Virus record (IMG/VR): IMGVR_UViG_3300037851_000215
Coordinates: 30,219-94,218 of that record
DNA: 64,000 nt
Direction: 5' to 3' (one strand)
Source of the DNA: a virus
Shown here: positions 38,610 to 48,545 of the stretch, piece by piece
Position numbering within the stretch: the stretch's first letter is position 1
Layout of the letters: the number at the start of each line of letters is the position of its first letter
Made by a program: the position numbers and the translations under genes
Notes under the pieces: model-generated
Databases searched by the model: none
What the model saw: the letters and a program-made list of their open reading frames with translations, nothing else
Told to the model about the DNA's origin: nothing

Positions 38610-38993
38610 TTATAAATTAATTAGAAATACAATACTCGTTAAACCAATAATAAATTTAACAAACCATCCCCAACTAGCAAGTTTAGTCATTATCCTATCA
38701 TATAGCTTAGTTGTACCATAAAAGAATGTAGGAAGTTTTCTAGTTTTATTATAAATAATATCAAATAAAGCAAATCTTATACCAACAAAACCTACTATAA
38801 TTTTCCATAAAGGAATTGATATAAAATTTTGTATTAAGCCAGCAGTAACTATTGCAGTAAACGCAACTAATGTAGCCAGACTACTATTTTCTAAAATAGC
38901 AGATAGTTGTTTTTTACCATTATCATATGTGCCATCTGCTGTAGCACTAAGTACTGTATATAGTACTGTTAATATTAAAAGATATGCTATCAT
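38610..38993 (-). CDS. Multi-pass membrane protein (127 aa)
   Basis: Three to four hydrophobic segments. Confidence 0.65.
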   Translation of the reverse strand: MIAYLLILTVLYTVLSATADGTYDNGKKQLSAILENSSLATLVAFTAIVTAGLIQNFISIPLWKIIVGFVGIRFALFDIIYNKTRKLPTFFYGTTKLYDRIMTKLASWGWFVKFIIGLTSIVFLINL

Positions 38994-41263
38994 ACTTCTA
39001 TACCTTCTTTAAGTTGAATATTTGCTATACGATCGCCAGCATCTAAATCTAATACAAAGTATTCTGATGTAGTGTATGTGTTATCTGTAACAGGATTAGT
39101 ACCAACACCACCTGATGTAGAAACTAAAGTCCAAGTAGTATTACCAAATGCTCCACCTTTAATATATACTGTAAATACACCAACAAGAGAACGGGTTATT
39201 TTTATACGATACCAAGTATTATTGGTTATATATGAAATAGCAGAATACATTATATTCCCTCCTGCAAGAGAATAAAACAACACTCTTTCATTATTAATTA
39301 ATCTTATACTATAGTAAGCATTTGATATTTTATTGGAACAAAGAGTAACATAAGAATCATTAGTATCAGCTCCCTTATACCAGTCAAATTCCCATTGACC
39401 ATATGCTTGTTTACTAGGTATTGATATAATGCCAGCCGTAACACATTGCATAAAATGAGTTCCTTTTGTTAAATGTTTTAGTACAGGATCATCGGAAGTC
39501 ATTTCTGAAATCTTAAATGTCCCACTAGTCTTACTCCAACCACTAGGTACTTTACTAACATTATCTGCTCCCTCTTTCGAGAAGTCTTCTTTTAATGAAA
39601 TACGTTTTGCAAAAGAGTTATGATATGTTTGAATTTCTGATGTTGTAAGAATTCTATTTATATATTTTGCCTCTACTATTTCTGAATAAAGGGATTTACC
39701 ATTTTTACCAATAGATAATTGATCTGTAGATAATGCTGCAATATTAAAACCGCCCCCTATACCGATGTTTGTTCCATTAACATAAAAAGTAGCATTGGTT
39801 CCGTCCCAAGTGTAGGTTATTATTGTAAGAACGTTTTCTTTAGCTGCAATAAAATTAGTTCTTCCTAACCAAGCACCATTATATACATATGCTCCAATAT
39901 TTCCACCAGTCATACCAATGACTAACGTTCCAAAGCCAGATTTTACATTTGCAATAAAATACTGTTCAGCAGTTATCTTTTTAGGATATAATACTATTGA
40001 ATATGTGCCATAAAATGAAGATATACTACTGCTAGTATTAGCATAACCATTATTAAACAATAGACCTCTATTAGTAGATACTGCTTTTGTAAATGTCATG
40101 TTATTACCATTACCACTAATATCCACCAAAGTATTACCCTGTGGGATCATATTATAGGCAGCTACTAGACCTGTTATTTCTTGAATGGAAAGGTAATCAA
40201 AAGAAATAACTCCTGTATTAGTAAGAAATAATGCTATTCCAGCAGACGCTGGTGTATATGTAAATACAGTCTCTATTATTTGAGGCACTCCATTACCTAC
40301 AATTGAGTATAATATTGTAGAAGCAGTATAATCATATAATCTAAAAGTGATGCCATCGGTTAATGTTAACTTTGCGCTTAACTTATATTTAGACCCTGTT
40401 TTAAGAGTAAAAGAATTATTTCTTATCCTTGCAGAACCACTTGTACTAAAAGAAGAATCAGTTAATTTAGTAGCAGATGCTACAATAGTCCAAGAAGCAC
40501 TCAAAAAATCAAGAGGATCAGATAACAAATTTGTCTGAAAAGTATTCTCCTTCTCATTACTCAAATCAGTAGGCTTCATTGCTTGATAGTCAGGAGTTTT
40601 TAAAGATTCAACTGGATATGAATTAAGGAAGTCTTTATATGCAGCAGTACGTTCGGCTTCTGTTAATACTGTATTATAACCTACAAATTTTGCGATAGGA
40701 TGTATAGATGGATATCCAGCAGAACTGTTATTACCTACATATACATCTGTCGGAAATATACCAGGATCTGCACCTAATGAAAAAGTTTTTAATAAAATAT
40801 TATTTATATAAAAATCACAAGTTTTAGACGTTCTGTTAAAGACAATTAATAAATGACTCCATCTATTAAAAAAAGATAATAAATCAGATTTATTAACTGT
40901 TCCATAATAACGAATAGTTGTAGATCCTGTAACTTCAATATTAAAATCTGAAGATAAACTATATGATATAAATCCAATACCTTGTACTCCGCCTATGCCA
41001 GAATTACCTAATACTTGTTGATATACTCCAATAGGAGTAGGTCTTAAAAATATATAAGCTTCATAAGTAACACTTTCTACACCATGATTAACTCCAGTTA
41101 TTTTAGCATATTTATTACCAGCAGCAGTAGATTTATCATACCATAAACACATTCCTTTATCATGTCTCTGAAGATATGGTGAATTATAAGTAGTTAAAGG
41201 AGTACCACTAACCCTATCAACTAAACTACCAGTTCTAAAATCAACATCAAATATCTTACCCAT
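38990..41263 (-). CDS. LamG/concanavalin A-like lectin domain virion protein (757 aa)
   Basis: WSHLLIVF, GLVAAYNM...LVDISGNGN, YINRILTTSEI LamG-type motifs. Confidence 0.7.
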   Translation of the reverse strand: MGKIFDVDFRTGSLVDRVSGTPLTTYNSPYLQRHDKGMCLWYDKSTAAGNKYAKITGVNHGVESVTYEAYIFLRPTPIGVYQQVLGNSGIGGVQGIGFISYSLSSDFNIEVTGSTTIRYYGTVNKSDLLSFFNRWSHLLIVFNRTSKTCDFYINNILLKTFSLGADPGIFPTDVYVGNNSSAGYPSIHPIAKFVGYNTVLTEAERTAAYKDFLNSYPVESLKTPDYQAMKPTDLSNEKENTFQTNLLSDPLDFLSASWTIVASATKLTDSSFSTSGSARIRNNSFTLKTGSKYKLSAKLTLTDGITFRLYDYTASTILYSIVGNGVPQIIETVFTYTPASAGIALFLTNTGVISFDYLSIQEITGLVAAYNMIPQGNTLVDISGNGNNMTFTKAVSTNRGLLFNNGYANTSSSISSFYGTYSIVLYPKKITAEQYFIANVKSGFGTLVIGMTGGNIGAYVYNGAWLGRTNFIAAKENVLTIITYTWDGTNATFYVNGTNIGIGGGFNIAALSTDQLSIGKNGKSLYSEIVEAKYINRILTTSEIQTYHNSFAKRISLKEDFSKEGADNVSKVPSGWSKTSGTFKISEMTSDDPVLKHLTKGTHFMQCVTAGIISIPSKQAYGQWEFDWYKGADTNDSYVTLCSNKISNAYYSIRLINNERVLFYSLAGGNIMYSAISYITNNTWYRIKITRSLVGVFTVYIKGGAFGNTTWTLVSTSGGVGTNPVTDNTYTTSEYFVLDLDAGDRIANIQLKEGIEV

Positions 41264-41266
41264 TAC

Positions 41267-43171
41267 CTATAAATTATAATATTGTTTTTCATTAGAATAT
41301 ATCTGGCTAATCTCATTAGTTGTTAAAATACCGTCTATAATACGTACTTTGTCTACTGTACCTTTATAATAAGCACCGGCAAGTGGATTATAACCTATTT
41401 TTAAAGATTCTGTACCTGCTGCAGGAGTACCACTACTTCCATTTGCTGCTCCAGACAGTACACTATCAACATATATATTTGTAATACCAGTAGATGTTCT
41501 GGTGACAACTATAAAATTCCACTTTTTAGCTTTTATAGAACCAGCGACTCCTTGTTTTACTGTAGCGCCATCACTATATACATACACAGAACCACTTTGA
41601 ACAGTAGCAATGGCTAATTTACCGTTTCCAAATAATTGATTAGTAATAGTAGATACATTAATAGGATTAACCCAAGCAATAAATGTCTTATCCCCAACTA
41701 ATCCATCATAACTACCACAATCTAATTTACTTGCACTTCCATTAAAACTCATTACATTCCTATCACCATCCTTAACTAGACTAACGGAAGTGTTGGTGAC
41801 TGAGGGAATTATTTCATAAAGATTAAAAGTCGTTATTATAATAGTTGTGGCTACTGTATGCCTAAAATATACTTCTGTATCAGCAGCAGTAAACTCTCCA
41901 GTATAAGAAATGGAAGTTCCTGTTGTTTCGTAAAGAGTATTGGTAGCTCCAGCTTCTGAGTTATTAATTCTAAAAGTACCAGCATTTAATAGTGAACCTA
42001 CTACTTCTATTCTATATCTCTTACCAACTGTACACAATGCTTTATATGCCCCGCCAGTAGAAGAAGTAATTATTGTGTTAATTGTTGCCGTAGCAGCATT
42101 TAAAGTCCAACCAGATGAGAAGTTATTATTTAAAACAAGATTACTACCATACACATTCCCACTCAACTTATTAACACCACAACATACATCGAGGATAGGA
42201 CGAGTACGTTCTACTAGGACTTCTTTACAAGAAATACTATCTATTTCTCCAGTAAATGATGTACCATCAAATTCAAATACAATATTATCTGCTTGTAAAT
42301 ATCTTTCATGAATTCCAACAGCGTTTATTGACGTTGTACTTGCTGAAGCACTAGATTTAATTGTAAAAGAACCGGAAGAATAACTAGAAACATTTACAGT
42401 TATCTTATAACGTTTACCAGACACTAATATATTTGGAGTTTGAGGACAATCTGTACTTGTAGCATTACCAACAAGTTTACCATTACTTATTGACCATCCA
42501 GCTTCAGGAATCCAATTATTTCCAGTATCAAACCCCCCATTAACAACTAACTCAGGTCCTAACTGTTCATCTTTACTAAGATTAACATCTCTATATCTAG
42601 AGTTATTGTAAAGATTAGCTACATCAACAGCCGTCATATAATAATTATATACTTCAAAAGACTCAATTTCACATTGAGCTGTAGTAGCATATAAAGTTAT
42701 AGGTGTTCTTGATGGAAGTGTTCTATTAGCCCCCAATGAAGCATTTACAGCACCATCTAAATAAAATTGACCGCCTATAGTAGCATGATTGGTAAATACT
42801 ATATCATATTGTTTAGTAGTAGATGTTAGTGGTGTTATGGTACTATCGTAAATATAAATACCGGCATATGCCCTAATAGCATTGGTTGATTGAAACTGTA
42901 ATATAAATTTAGCTGCATTTGTTCCACCAATACCATTAGTAATAAATATAAGATCACTTCCACCAATAGCAGTACGTCTTAATTTTATTCTAACAGTACT
43001 GTTAACTGGAATAGGTAAATTATTAAACGTTACACTGCCACTAGTAAGTATACCTTTATTAAATGTAGCACTTGAGGGTACACCACCTTGCGCCATAACG
43101 CTTTGTTCGTCATTAAAACAAGAACGAAAGATACAACTACGATCTCCCCAAGTTTTACTCTCTTTACCCAT
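41267..43171 (-). CDS. LamG/concanavalin A-like plus carbohydrate-binding-like domain virion protein (634 aa)
   Basis: LGPELVVNGGFD, WNFIVVTR, YYKGTVDKVRIIDGILTTNEI motifs. Confidence 0.7.
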   Translation of the reverse strand: MGKESKTWGDRSCIFRSCFNDEQSVMAQGGVPSSATFNKGILTSGSVTFNNLPIPVNSTVRIKLRRTAIGGSDLIFITNGIGGTNAAKFILQFQSTNAIRAYAGIYIYDSTITPLTSTTKQYDIVFTNHATIGGQFYLDGAVNASLGANRTLPSRTPITLYATTAQCEIESFEVYNYYMTAVDVANLYNNSRYRDVNLSKDEQLGPELVVNGGFDTGNNWIPEAGWSISNGKLVGNATSTDCPQTPNILVSGKRYKITVNVSSYSSGSFTIKSSASASTTSINAVGIHERYLQADNIVFEFDGTSFTGEIDSISCKEVLVERTRPILDVCCGVNKLSGNVYGSNLVLNNNFSSGWTLNAATATINTIITSSTGGAYKALCTVGKRYRIEVVGSLLNAGTFRINNSEAGATNTLYETTGTSISYTGEFTAADTEVYFRHTVATTIIITTFNLYEIIPSVTNTSVSLVKDGDRNVMSFNGSASKLDCGSYDGLVGDKTFIAWVNPINVSTITNQLFGNGKLAIATVQSGSVYVYSDGATVKQGVAGSIKAKKWNFIVVTRTSTGITNIYVDSVLSGAANGSSGTPAAGTESLKIGYNPLAGAYYKGTVDKVRIIDGILTTNEISQIYSNEKQYYNL

Positions 43172-43180
43172 TACACATAA

Positions 43181-43624
43181 TTAAATTGCATATATTTCTG
43201 CACCTGAATCAAGTGGTTGATATACTATAGTCCATTTTATACTACCAGTAGCACTAGCTGCACAGTTAAGTTCAATTGAACCTGGTTGTACAATTATTGG
43301 TGTAACTAATTTAAAAGCAGGACTAGCAGTAACATTAACCATAGCGTTTGCTGGTGTACCTGTAATAGTATAAAAACCATTAACAACATCACCATTTATG
43401 TCATTAGTTGCACAAAGATCTGTACTAGTACCATCTGTTAACTTACTAACTAATTTAGTAGCATTAGCAATAGCTTGTATAGCTGTAGTTATCTCACCAA
43501 GTAAATAATGGATAACTACCCTACCTGTTACTGCAAATAAAGGTCTATTACCTGTCTGTGCTAAAATGCCTGTAGGACGTTGTACGTACTTTAGGCTTCC
43601 TATAGATTTACTAAAAGCTGGCAT
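43181..43624 (-). CDS. Putative structural protein, jelly-roll-like (147 aa)
   Basis: ORF track; beta-rich, ends IKWTIVYQPLDSGA. Confidence 0.5.
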   Translation of the reverse strand: MPAFSKSIGSLKYVQRPTGILAQTGNRPLFAVTGRVVIHYLLGEITTAIQAIANATKLVSKLTDGTSTDLCATNDINGDVVNGFYTITGTPANAMVNVTASPAFKLVTPIIVQPGSIELNCAASATGSIKWTIVYQPLDSGAEIYAI

Positions 43625-43625
43625 A

Positions 43626-44087
43626 TTATAATATTATTTGTGATTGATAAAAAGCAAATGTACCAGTACCATCATATTTAGACCAAGCTATCATAGCATT
43701 AACTATATTACTACAATAGTTTACAGGAAAATCATCTACAAACAATGGAGCAATAGCCTGTCTTAAAAGTATTTGTGTAGTAGGTACATCAGCATATACA
43801 GCAGGTGTTATAACATTACCTTCTGCATCTAATACAGCTGGTGTAGTTATATATTCACCACGCATTAATTGTTTACTGGCTTCTTGTATCTCATCTATTT
43901 TAGTATATACATAATTTACTAATGGATAATCAAGCTTTAATTCTGTAGCAGTGTGTGCTGCTGGACGAGCATTAGCAAAGCCATTTAATATATCATTTCT
44001 TGTGCCATCATCTAATGCAACTACTCTTTGTCTCATAGTTGGTTCAACTACTGGAGTAGGTTCTGTAAAACGATAAAATCCTAACAT
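43626..44087 (-). CDS. Hypothetical protein (153 aa)
   Basis: ORF track; TPAV...GNVITPAV segment like fibre-associated proteins. Confidence 0.6.
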   Translation of the reverse strand: MLGFYRFTEPTPVVEPTMRQRVVALDDGTRNDILNGFANARPAAHTATELKLDYPLVNYVYTKIDEIQEASKQLMRGEYITTPAVLDAEGNVITPAVYADVPTTQILLRQAIAPLFVDDFPVNYCSNIVNAMIAWSKYDGTGTFAFYQSQIIL

Positions 44088-44089
44088 AA

Positions 44090-45148
44090 TTAACTAGATT
44101 TTTTAATGAATACTGTGTATGTATTTGTAGCTGCAGAAGCAGTATTACTCTCTTGCACAAGTTTAAGCATATACTTAAGCATTGGCATAGGAGTATCTAA
44201 TACTATAATATCTTCAGATACATTACCAGTTGCGGTAACAATACCTGATGCTGAGCCAAATATATCTGCTGAAAGATCAACCCAGTTAGTATCAGCATCT
44301 GCTGTAGCGGTAGCATCTAATGTACCGTATATTTTTAAATATGAATTACAGTTAGTTGTGGGAGAAAGTCTATAATGAATGGTTAAATGGTTATATCCTT
44401 CCATTGGAATTTCATATCTTTTAACAGCTGGTAAAGAATATGCTTTACTAGACCATGTTGCAGCACCTGATAAAGTACCAGTTGATATATTAGTAGCACT
44501 ATCTACAGCGGTAATTAATGCATTTTGACTATCAGTAGTTTGGTATGCAGTATAACCAACAGCATGAGTAGCTACACTAAATGCACCATCAGCATCAACA
44601 ATATCATCTGTATCACCACCAGCATCACCAGTGGCTTTATAACCAAGAATATTAGTTTCACTAATAAGTGGTTCAACGTTAGTATAATGACCATACTGCG
44701 GGTTCTGTACAAGTACTTTATCAGCATCTAAAGAACTGTCTCGTCCTTTATCTGGTCCTAATAAAGTAACTAATACTTTATCTGTACTAACAAAATTGTC
44801 AGCATCACCTAATGTAATAACACCACCAGATACTTGTACATTAGTAAGAGGTAATGTTGTTACATCACCATCAGAAGCAATTTTCTTTATACTACCTGCT
44901 ACAACATGGATTGCTTCTAATGTAAATGATAAACCAGTAATTGTAATATTTTTAGTAGCAGCAGTAATAGTAGCAGTAAAATCATCAGAATCTGTATTAC
45001 TGTACGTATTATTACCACCGCCAGCTGCTGTACTAGTAGATGCAGGTCTTCCTGCACTATCTACAGCAGTAGTTAACACAGCTCTATCTCCACTAGTTAG
45101 TTCGACTAGAGCATCTATAATTTGACCTGCAATGTGTTTAAAATTCAT
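44090..45148 (-). CDS. Putative fibre/structural protein (352 aa)
   Basis: ORF track; T/A/D/S-rich beta composition. Confidence 0.55.
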   Translation of the reverse strand: MNFKHIAGQIIDALVELTSGDRAVLTTAVDSAGRPASTSTAAGGGNNTYSNTDSDDFTATITAATKNITITGLSFTLEAIHVVAGSIKKIASDGDVTTLPLTNVQVSGGVITLGDADNFVSTDKVLVTLLGPDKGRDSSLDADKVLVQNPQYGHYTNVEPLISETNILGYKATGDAGGDTDDIVDADGAFSVATHAVGYTAYQTTDSQNALITAVDSATNISTGTLSGAATWSSKAYSLPAVKRYEIPMEGYNHLTIHYRLSPTTNCNSYLKIYGTLDATATADADTNWVDLSADIFGSASGIVTATGNVSEDIIVLDTPMPMLKYMLKLVQESNTASAATNTYTVFIKKSS

Positions 45149-45160
45149 ATTTATAATATT

Positions 45161-46021
45161 TTAACGATTAACATATTGTAATATCCTTTGTATTCTGGTT
45201 TCTAATTCAGGACGTCTATAATTTATACTATGACTAGCATCAAATCTAACTAGTTCATGCATTTTATTAACAAATCCTATTTCAGTAGAATTTAAAATTT
45301 CTTCTTTACTTGTAAAAGGTTTTTTATTATCACGTTTTCTAAAGTTAGAAGGATAAAATCTAAATGTATGTCTATTCTTTAAATAAATAGATTTTTGCCA
45401 AATAACCCAATTAGCAAAATCACTATCGTGATATAAATGCCATTTATTACCATTAGGATTTTTTGCAGCATTATATAATTCTTTTCCTTGTTTAATTAGA
45501 TGTTCTCTATATTTAATACTATTACCCCAATCTACTGGTAATTTAGCAGGACACCCCTTAAAAAAGAAAGTACGTGGTTTTTCTTTGATAAACATTCTAC
45601 CTAAATGTCCAAATGTATATATACCACCATTAAGAATATATTTAGTTATTTCAAAATTTGCAGTAGTAAGTATTGATATAAATACTTCATAAGGAATAAT
45701 TGCTTTACTTAATCTATCATATAATGTTTTATGTGTAGATAAATAAATATGTGCAGTACTATATGATTTAACATAATGTGCTACTTTAGTAAGTTGACCA
45801 TTATTAACTAATGGTTTTATTTTAGAATATGCTATAACAGGAGCACTAAATATACTTTCAAGTGAAACACCTAAGTCAGTAAATAATTCCTTATTATTAA
45901 TAATAGAATTTTTAATATAAGCAATACTTGCTTGATACTGACTAATTTTAATATTAATAGCATGTAATCTACTATTAATAGAAAAAATATAATCTCGATA
46001 TAATTCTCTACTATCTATCAT
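45161..46021 (-). CDS. Conserved crAss-like protein with possible HU/IHF-like region (286 aa)
   Basis: ILNGGIYTFGHLGRMFIKEK and PVDWGNS segments; basic; position next to ring protein. Confidence 0.5.
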   Translation of the reverse strand: MIDSRELYRDYIFSINSRLHAINIKISQYQASIAYIKNSIINNKELFTDLGVSLESIFSAPVIAYSKIKPLVNNGQLTKVAHYVKSYSTAHIYLSTHKTLYDRLSKAIIPYEVFISILTTANFEITKYILNGGIYTFGHLGRMFIKEKPRTFFFKGCPAKLPVDWGNSIKYREHLIKQGKELYNAAKNPNGNKWHLYHDSDFANWVIWQKSIYLKNRHTFRFYPSNFRKRDNKKPFTSKEEILNSTEIGFVNKMHELVRFDASHSINYRRPELETRIQRILQYVNR

Positions 46022-46662
46022 TAACTTATATCTCTTAGTGTAACAGGATTTTTATCAGTAGCATCTTGCGTATTTCTAATCATTCTGGTTACTTCATCAA
46101 TAACTGCATTTAATAAATCACCAGCTAATGGAAATTCCATATCATCTTTATAACAGATACCTGTACTATCTTCACTTTCAGTTACATCTAATGAATTATA
46201 TACAGCATCTATTAAAACTCTTTCTAACTTAGTATTATTATAAATATAAACATAACCATTTATATAAAAATAACAAATACTATTTCCAATTAAAGGTAAA
46301 CTACGAATATATCTCATTACATAAGGTTTAATATAACGAAACGTAATTAACCTATCAGCACTACCAACAAATACAAATGGTACATCAGATTGATATCTAA
46401 CTGGAGTTGGTATTTTATTAGTAGTACGAAGTAATGTTGACTTAGAAGTAATACCTGTTAATTCAGATGCATTTACTAATTCTAATTCAGCATCATAAGG
46501 TTGTATATACTGTTCATTAATACCATATTTATCTATTTCACGATGTATAAAAAATGATCTAGTTTGAATAATCAAATCTTTAATTCGTTCAATAAATAAT
46601 ACGTCAGTATCTCTATCAAAACTACTTGCAATATGTTGTGATAATGTATTTAAAGTTGCCAT
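46021..46662 (-). CDS. Tail ring/tubular protein (213 aa)
   Basis: MATLNTL...IKDLIIQTRSFFI start, YFYINGYVYI, C-terminal DDMEFPL; synteny. Confidence 0.6.
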   Translation of the reverse strand: MATLNTLSQHIASSFDRDTDVLFIERIKDLIIQTRSFFIHREIDKYGINEQYIQPYDAELELVNASELTGITSKSTLLRTTNKIPTPVRYQSDVPFVFVGSADRLITFRYIKPYVMRYIRSLPLIGNSICYFYINGYVYIYNNTKLERVLIDAVYNSLDVTESEDSTGICYKDDMEFPLAGDLLNAVIDEVTRMIRNTQDATDKNPVTLRDIS

Positions 46663-46950
46663 TTAATATTCTAATACTTGTCGTTTATACATAATAGCAT
46701 TATATTCATCTTCAGTAAGCCAATCTAAATATGTCCAATCAGGATTATAAGATTGTCTTAATATTTCAATAGCTTCAAAATAAAAATGAGCAAGATGTAC
46801 TATCATATTACCTTGTTCTTCACTAATACCAAAACTTTTTTCATCATTAATTAACCAAGCAAGTGATTCAACTAAATCAACTTGTTTAGCTATATAAAAT
46901 GTTTGAAAAGCAGATAATAAATCAGAATTAAATGTAATACTTACTGCCAT
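46663..46950 (-). CDS. Possible tail hub protein (95 aa)
   Basis: ORF track; synteny between ring proteins. Confidence 0.4.
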   Translation of the reverse strand: MAVSITFNSDLLSAFQTFYIAKQVDLVESLAWLINDEKSFGISEEQGNMIVHLAHFYFEAIEILRQSYNPDWTYLDWLTEDEYNAIMYKRQVLEY

Positions 46951-47438
46951 ACTTTATTTGTACTTTGAGGAGTATTATTTTGTCTATCAAAATATTTATC
47001 ACATCTATCAATAGCTTCAGCTATAGTTGTATATTGAGTTAAAGAACCAGTTGAATATGACGCATTTTGATATGGTGTATTGCCAATAAATACTATTGAT
47101 AATAAAGCTAATGTAATAAAATCATATCCTTTTGGAAGATTTTTATTAATATCTTCTGCAAGTAACACTTCTTTAACATCATCTTCTAATTCATCTAATA
47201 TATCAGATAAAATTATAATAGTATTACCTTCACTTGCGTTTGGATTCCATATTTTATATAAACCTATATCATTGATTGTATAATCTTCATCACTACCGTG
47301 TGCTACAGTTAATATTGCAGCAGTATCAAAACTACCAGTAGTTAATAATTTAGATATCTCAAAATCAACTAATACTCCAGTAGTATTAGCAATATTAATA
47401 ACAGATTCTGATACAAATGTAATTGTTACACCAGTCAT
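46941..47438 (-). CDS. Possible tail hub protein (165 aa)
   Basis: ORF track; beta N-terminus plus helical C-terminus; synteny. Confidence 0.4.
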   Translation of the reverse strand: MTGVTITFVSESVINIANTTGVLVDFEISKLLTTGSFDTAAILTVAHGSDEDYTINDIGLYKIWNPNASEGNTIIILSDILDELEDDVKEVLLAEDINKNLPKGYDFITLALLSIVFIGNTPYQNASYSTGSLTQYTTIAEAIDRCDKYFDRQNNTPQSTNKVWQ

Positions 47439-48493
47439 TTTTCATTTAGTTTAGCTTCCATTAATAATTGTTCATAATTACCACTACTAACAGCAGCAGC
47501 AATGAATTTAGCTGTATTAGTAATTATTGTATCATGTGTAGACTCAGGTAAATCACAATTAACAACAGTAGGACTAGAAGTAAGAATTGCAGGTTTCTTT
47601 ATATAAATAACTCCTATTCTATTTATAGCATATCTATTTAAATGATATATATGTAATCCATTAGTACTTAATATAGTACCTATATATTTACGTTGTCCAC
47701 CAAATGGATTATTATTAAATGATATTATATCATATGTATTAGTTAATACATTTGGTAATTGTGTATCTAATAAATTAGTAGCAGCTACTACACCTAATCC
47801 ACTATCAGCTGTATTATCTACATAACTAGTCGTTACATTATCTGAAATAGTAGTTACTAACTTAGCATTATACCAATTGCCACCAGCAACTGTCCTATAT
47901 ATTTTTCTAGCAGTACATCCTGTAGAACCTAATGGAATACCTGTAATATTAACTTGTCCAGCAGTTGCTTTATCAGTAACAGTTATAGAACTAACACCAG
48001 TACTTACAATATCTGTTTCAGTTGTACCATATACAAAAGTAACAAAATATTTATGTATGCCATTATCAACATTACCAGCACTACCTAATGCTAAAGTAGG
48101 TGCAGATGCTGATCTATATGTAATACAATTGTAAGGTCTAACATAAGCATAACTAGCTTCAAATCTAAATAAGTCGCTAGGTAAAGTATATATGTAATAA
48201 TTATTATCAGTAGCAGGTAAAGTAGGTAATACAGTATCATCTACTTTAATTAATGTGTAAATATCATTATATTTACTTAGAATATCACCATGAGTTAGTA
48301 TTCTAAAAGGAACACGTTTATCCTCATCTGGTTTGTTAGCTTTGTTTATAACATTGTTAACAAACTCAGTAATAATTGTATTTAAAAAATAATCTTTAGC
48401 AGCAGGATCAAACCTGTTACTAGGAGTAGCATTTAATGTTTGTAACACTAAATCTAATCCAATATGCATATCACTTCTAGTGCGAACAGGCAT
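47435..48493 (-). CDS. Tail ring protein with inserted Ig/FN3-like domain (352 aa)
   Basis: DMHIGLD...DYFLN N-terminus and YIKKP...CDLPESTHDTII C-terminus; central YFVTF...RKIYRT...SYVDN insert. Confidence 0.65.
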   Translation of the reverse strand: MPVRTRSDMHIGLDLVLQTLNATPSNRFDPAAKDYFLNTIITEFVNNVINKANKPDEDKRVPFRILTHGDILSKYNDIYTLIKVDDTVLPTLPATDNNYYIYTLPSDLFRFEASYAYVRPYNCITYRSASAPTLALGSAGNVDNGIHKYFVTFVYGTTETDIVSTGVSSITVTDKATAGQVNITGIPLGSTGCTARKIYRTVAGGNWYNAKLVTTISDNVTTSYVDNTADSGLGVVAATNLLDTQLPNVLTNTYDIISFNNNPFGGQRKYIGTILSTNGLHIYHLNRYAINRIGVIYIKKPAILTSSPTVVNCDLPESTHDTIITNTAKFIAAAVSSGNYEQLLMEAKLNEK

Positions 48494-48503
48494 AATAATA
48501 AAT

Positions 48504-48537
48504 AAAAAAATAGCCCTGACCTGTTAGATCAGGGCTA
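48504..48537 (-). terminator. Intrinsic terminator after the capsid genes
   Basis: TAGCCCTGATC-TAACA-GGTCAGGGCTA-TTTTTTT on minus strand. Confidence 0.85.
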
Positions 48538-48545
48538 CTATTAAA

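Noticed and set aside
33423-43171. Diversity-generating retroelement target or invertible fibre cassette
   Set aside because: No ~100-bp template/variable repeat pair, reverse transcriptase or recombinase seen in the window; only short direct repeats
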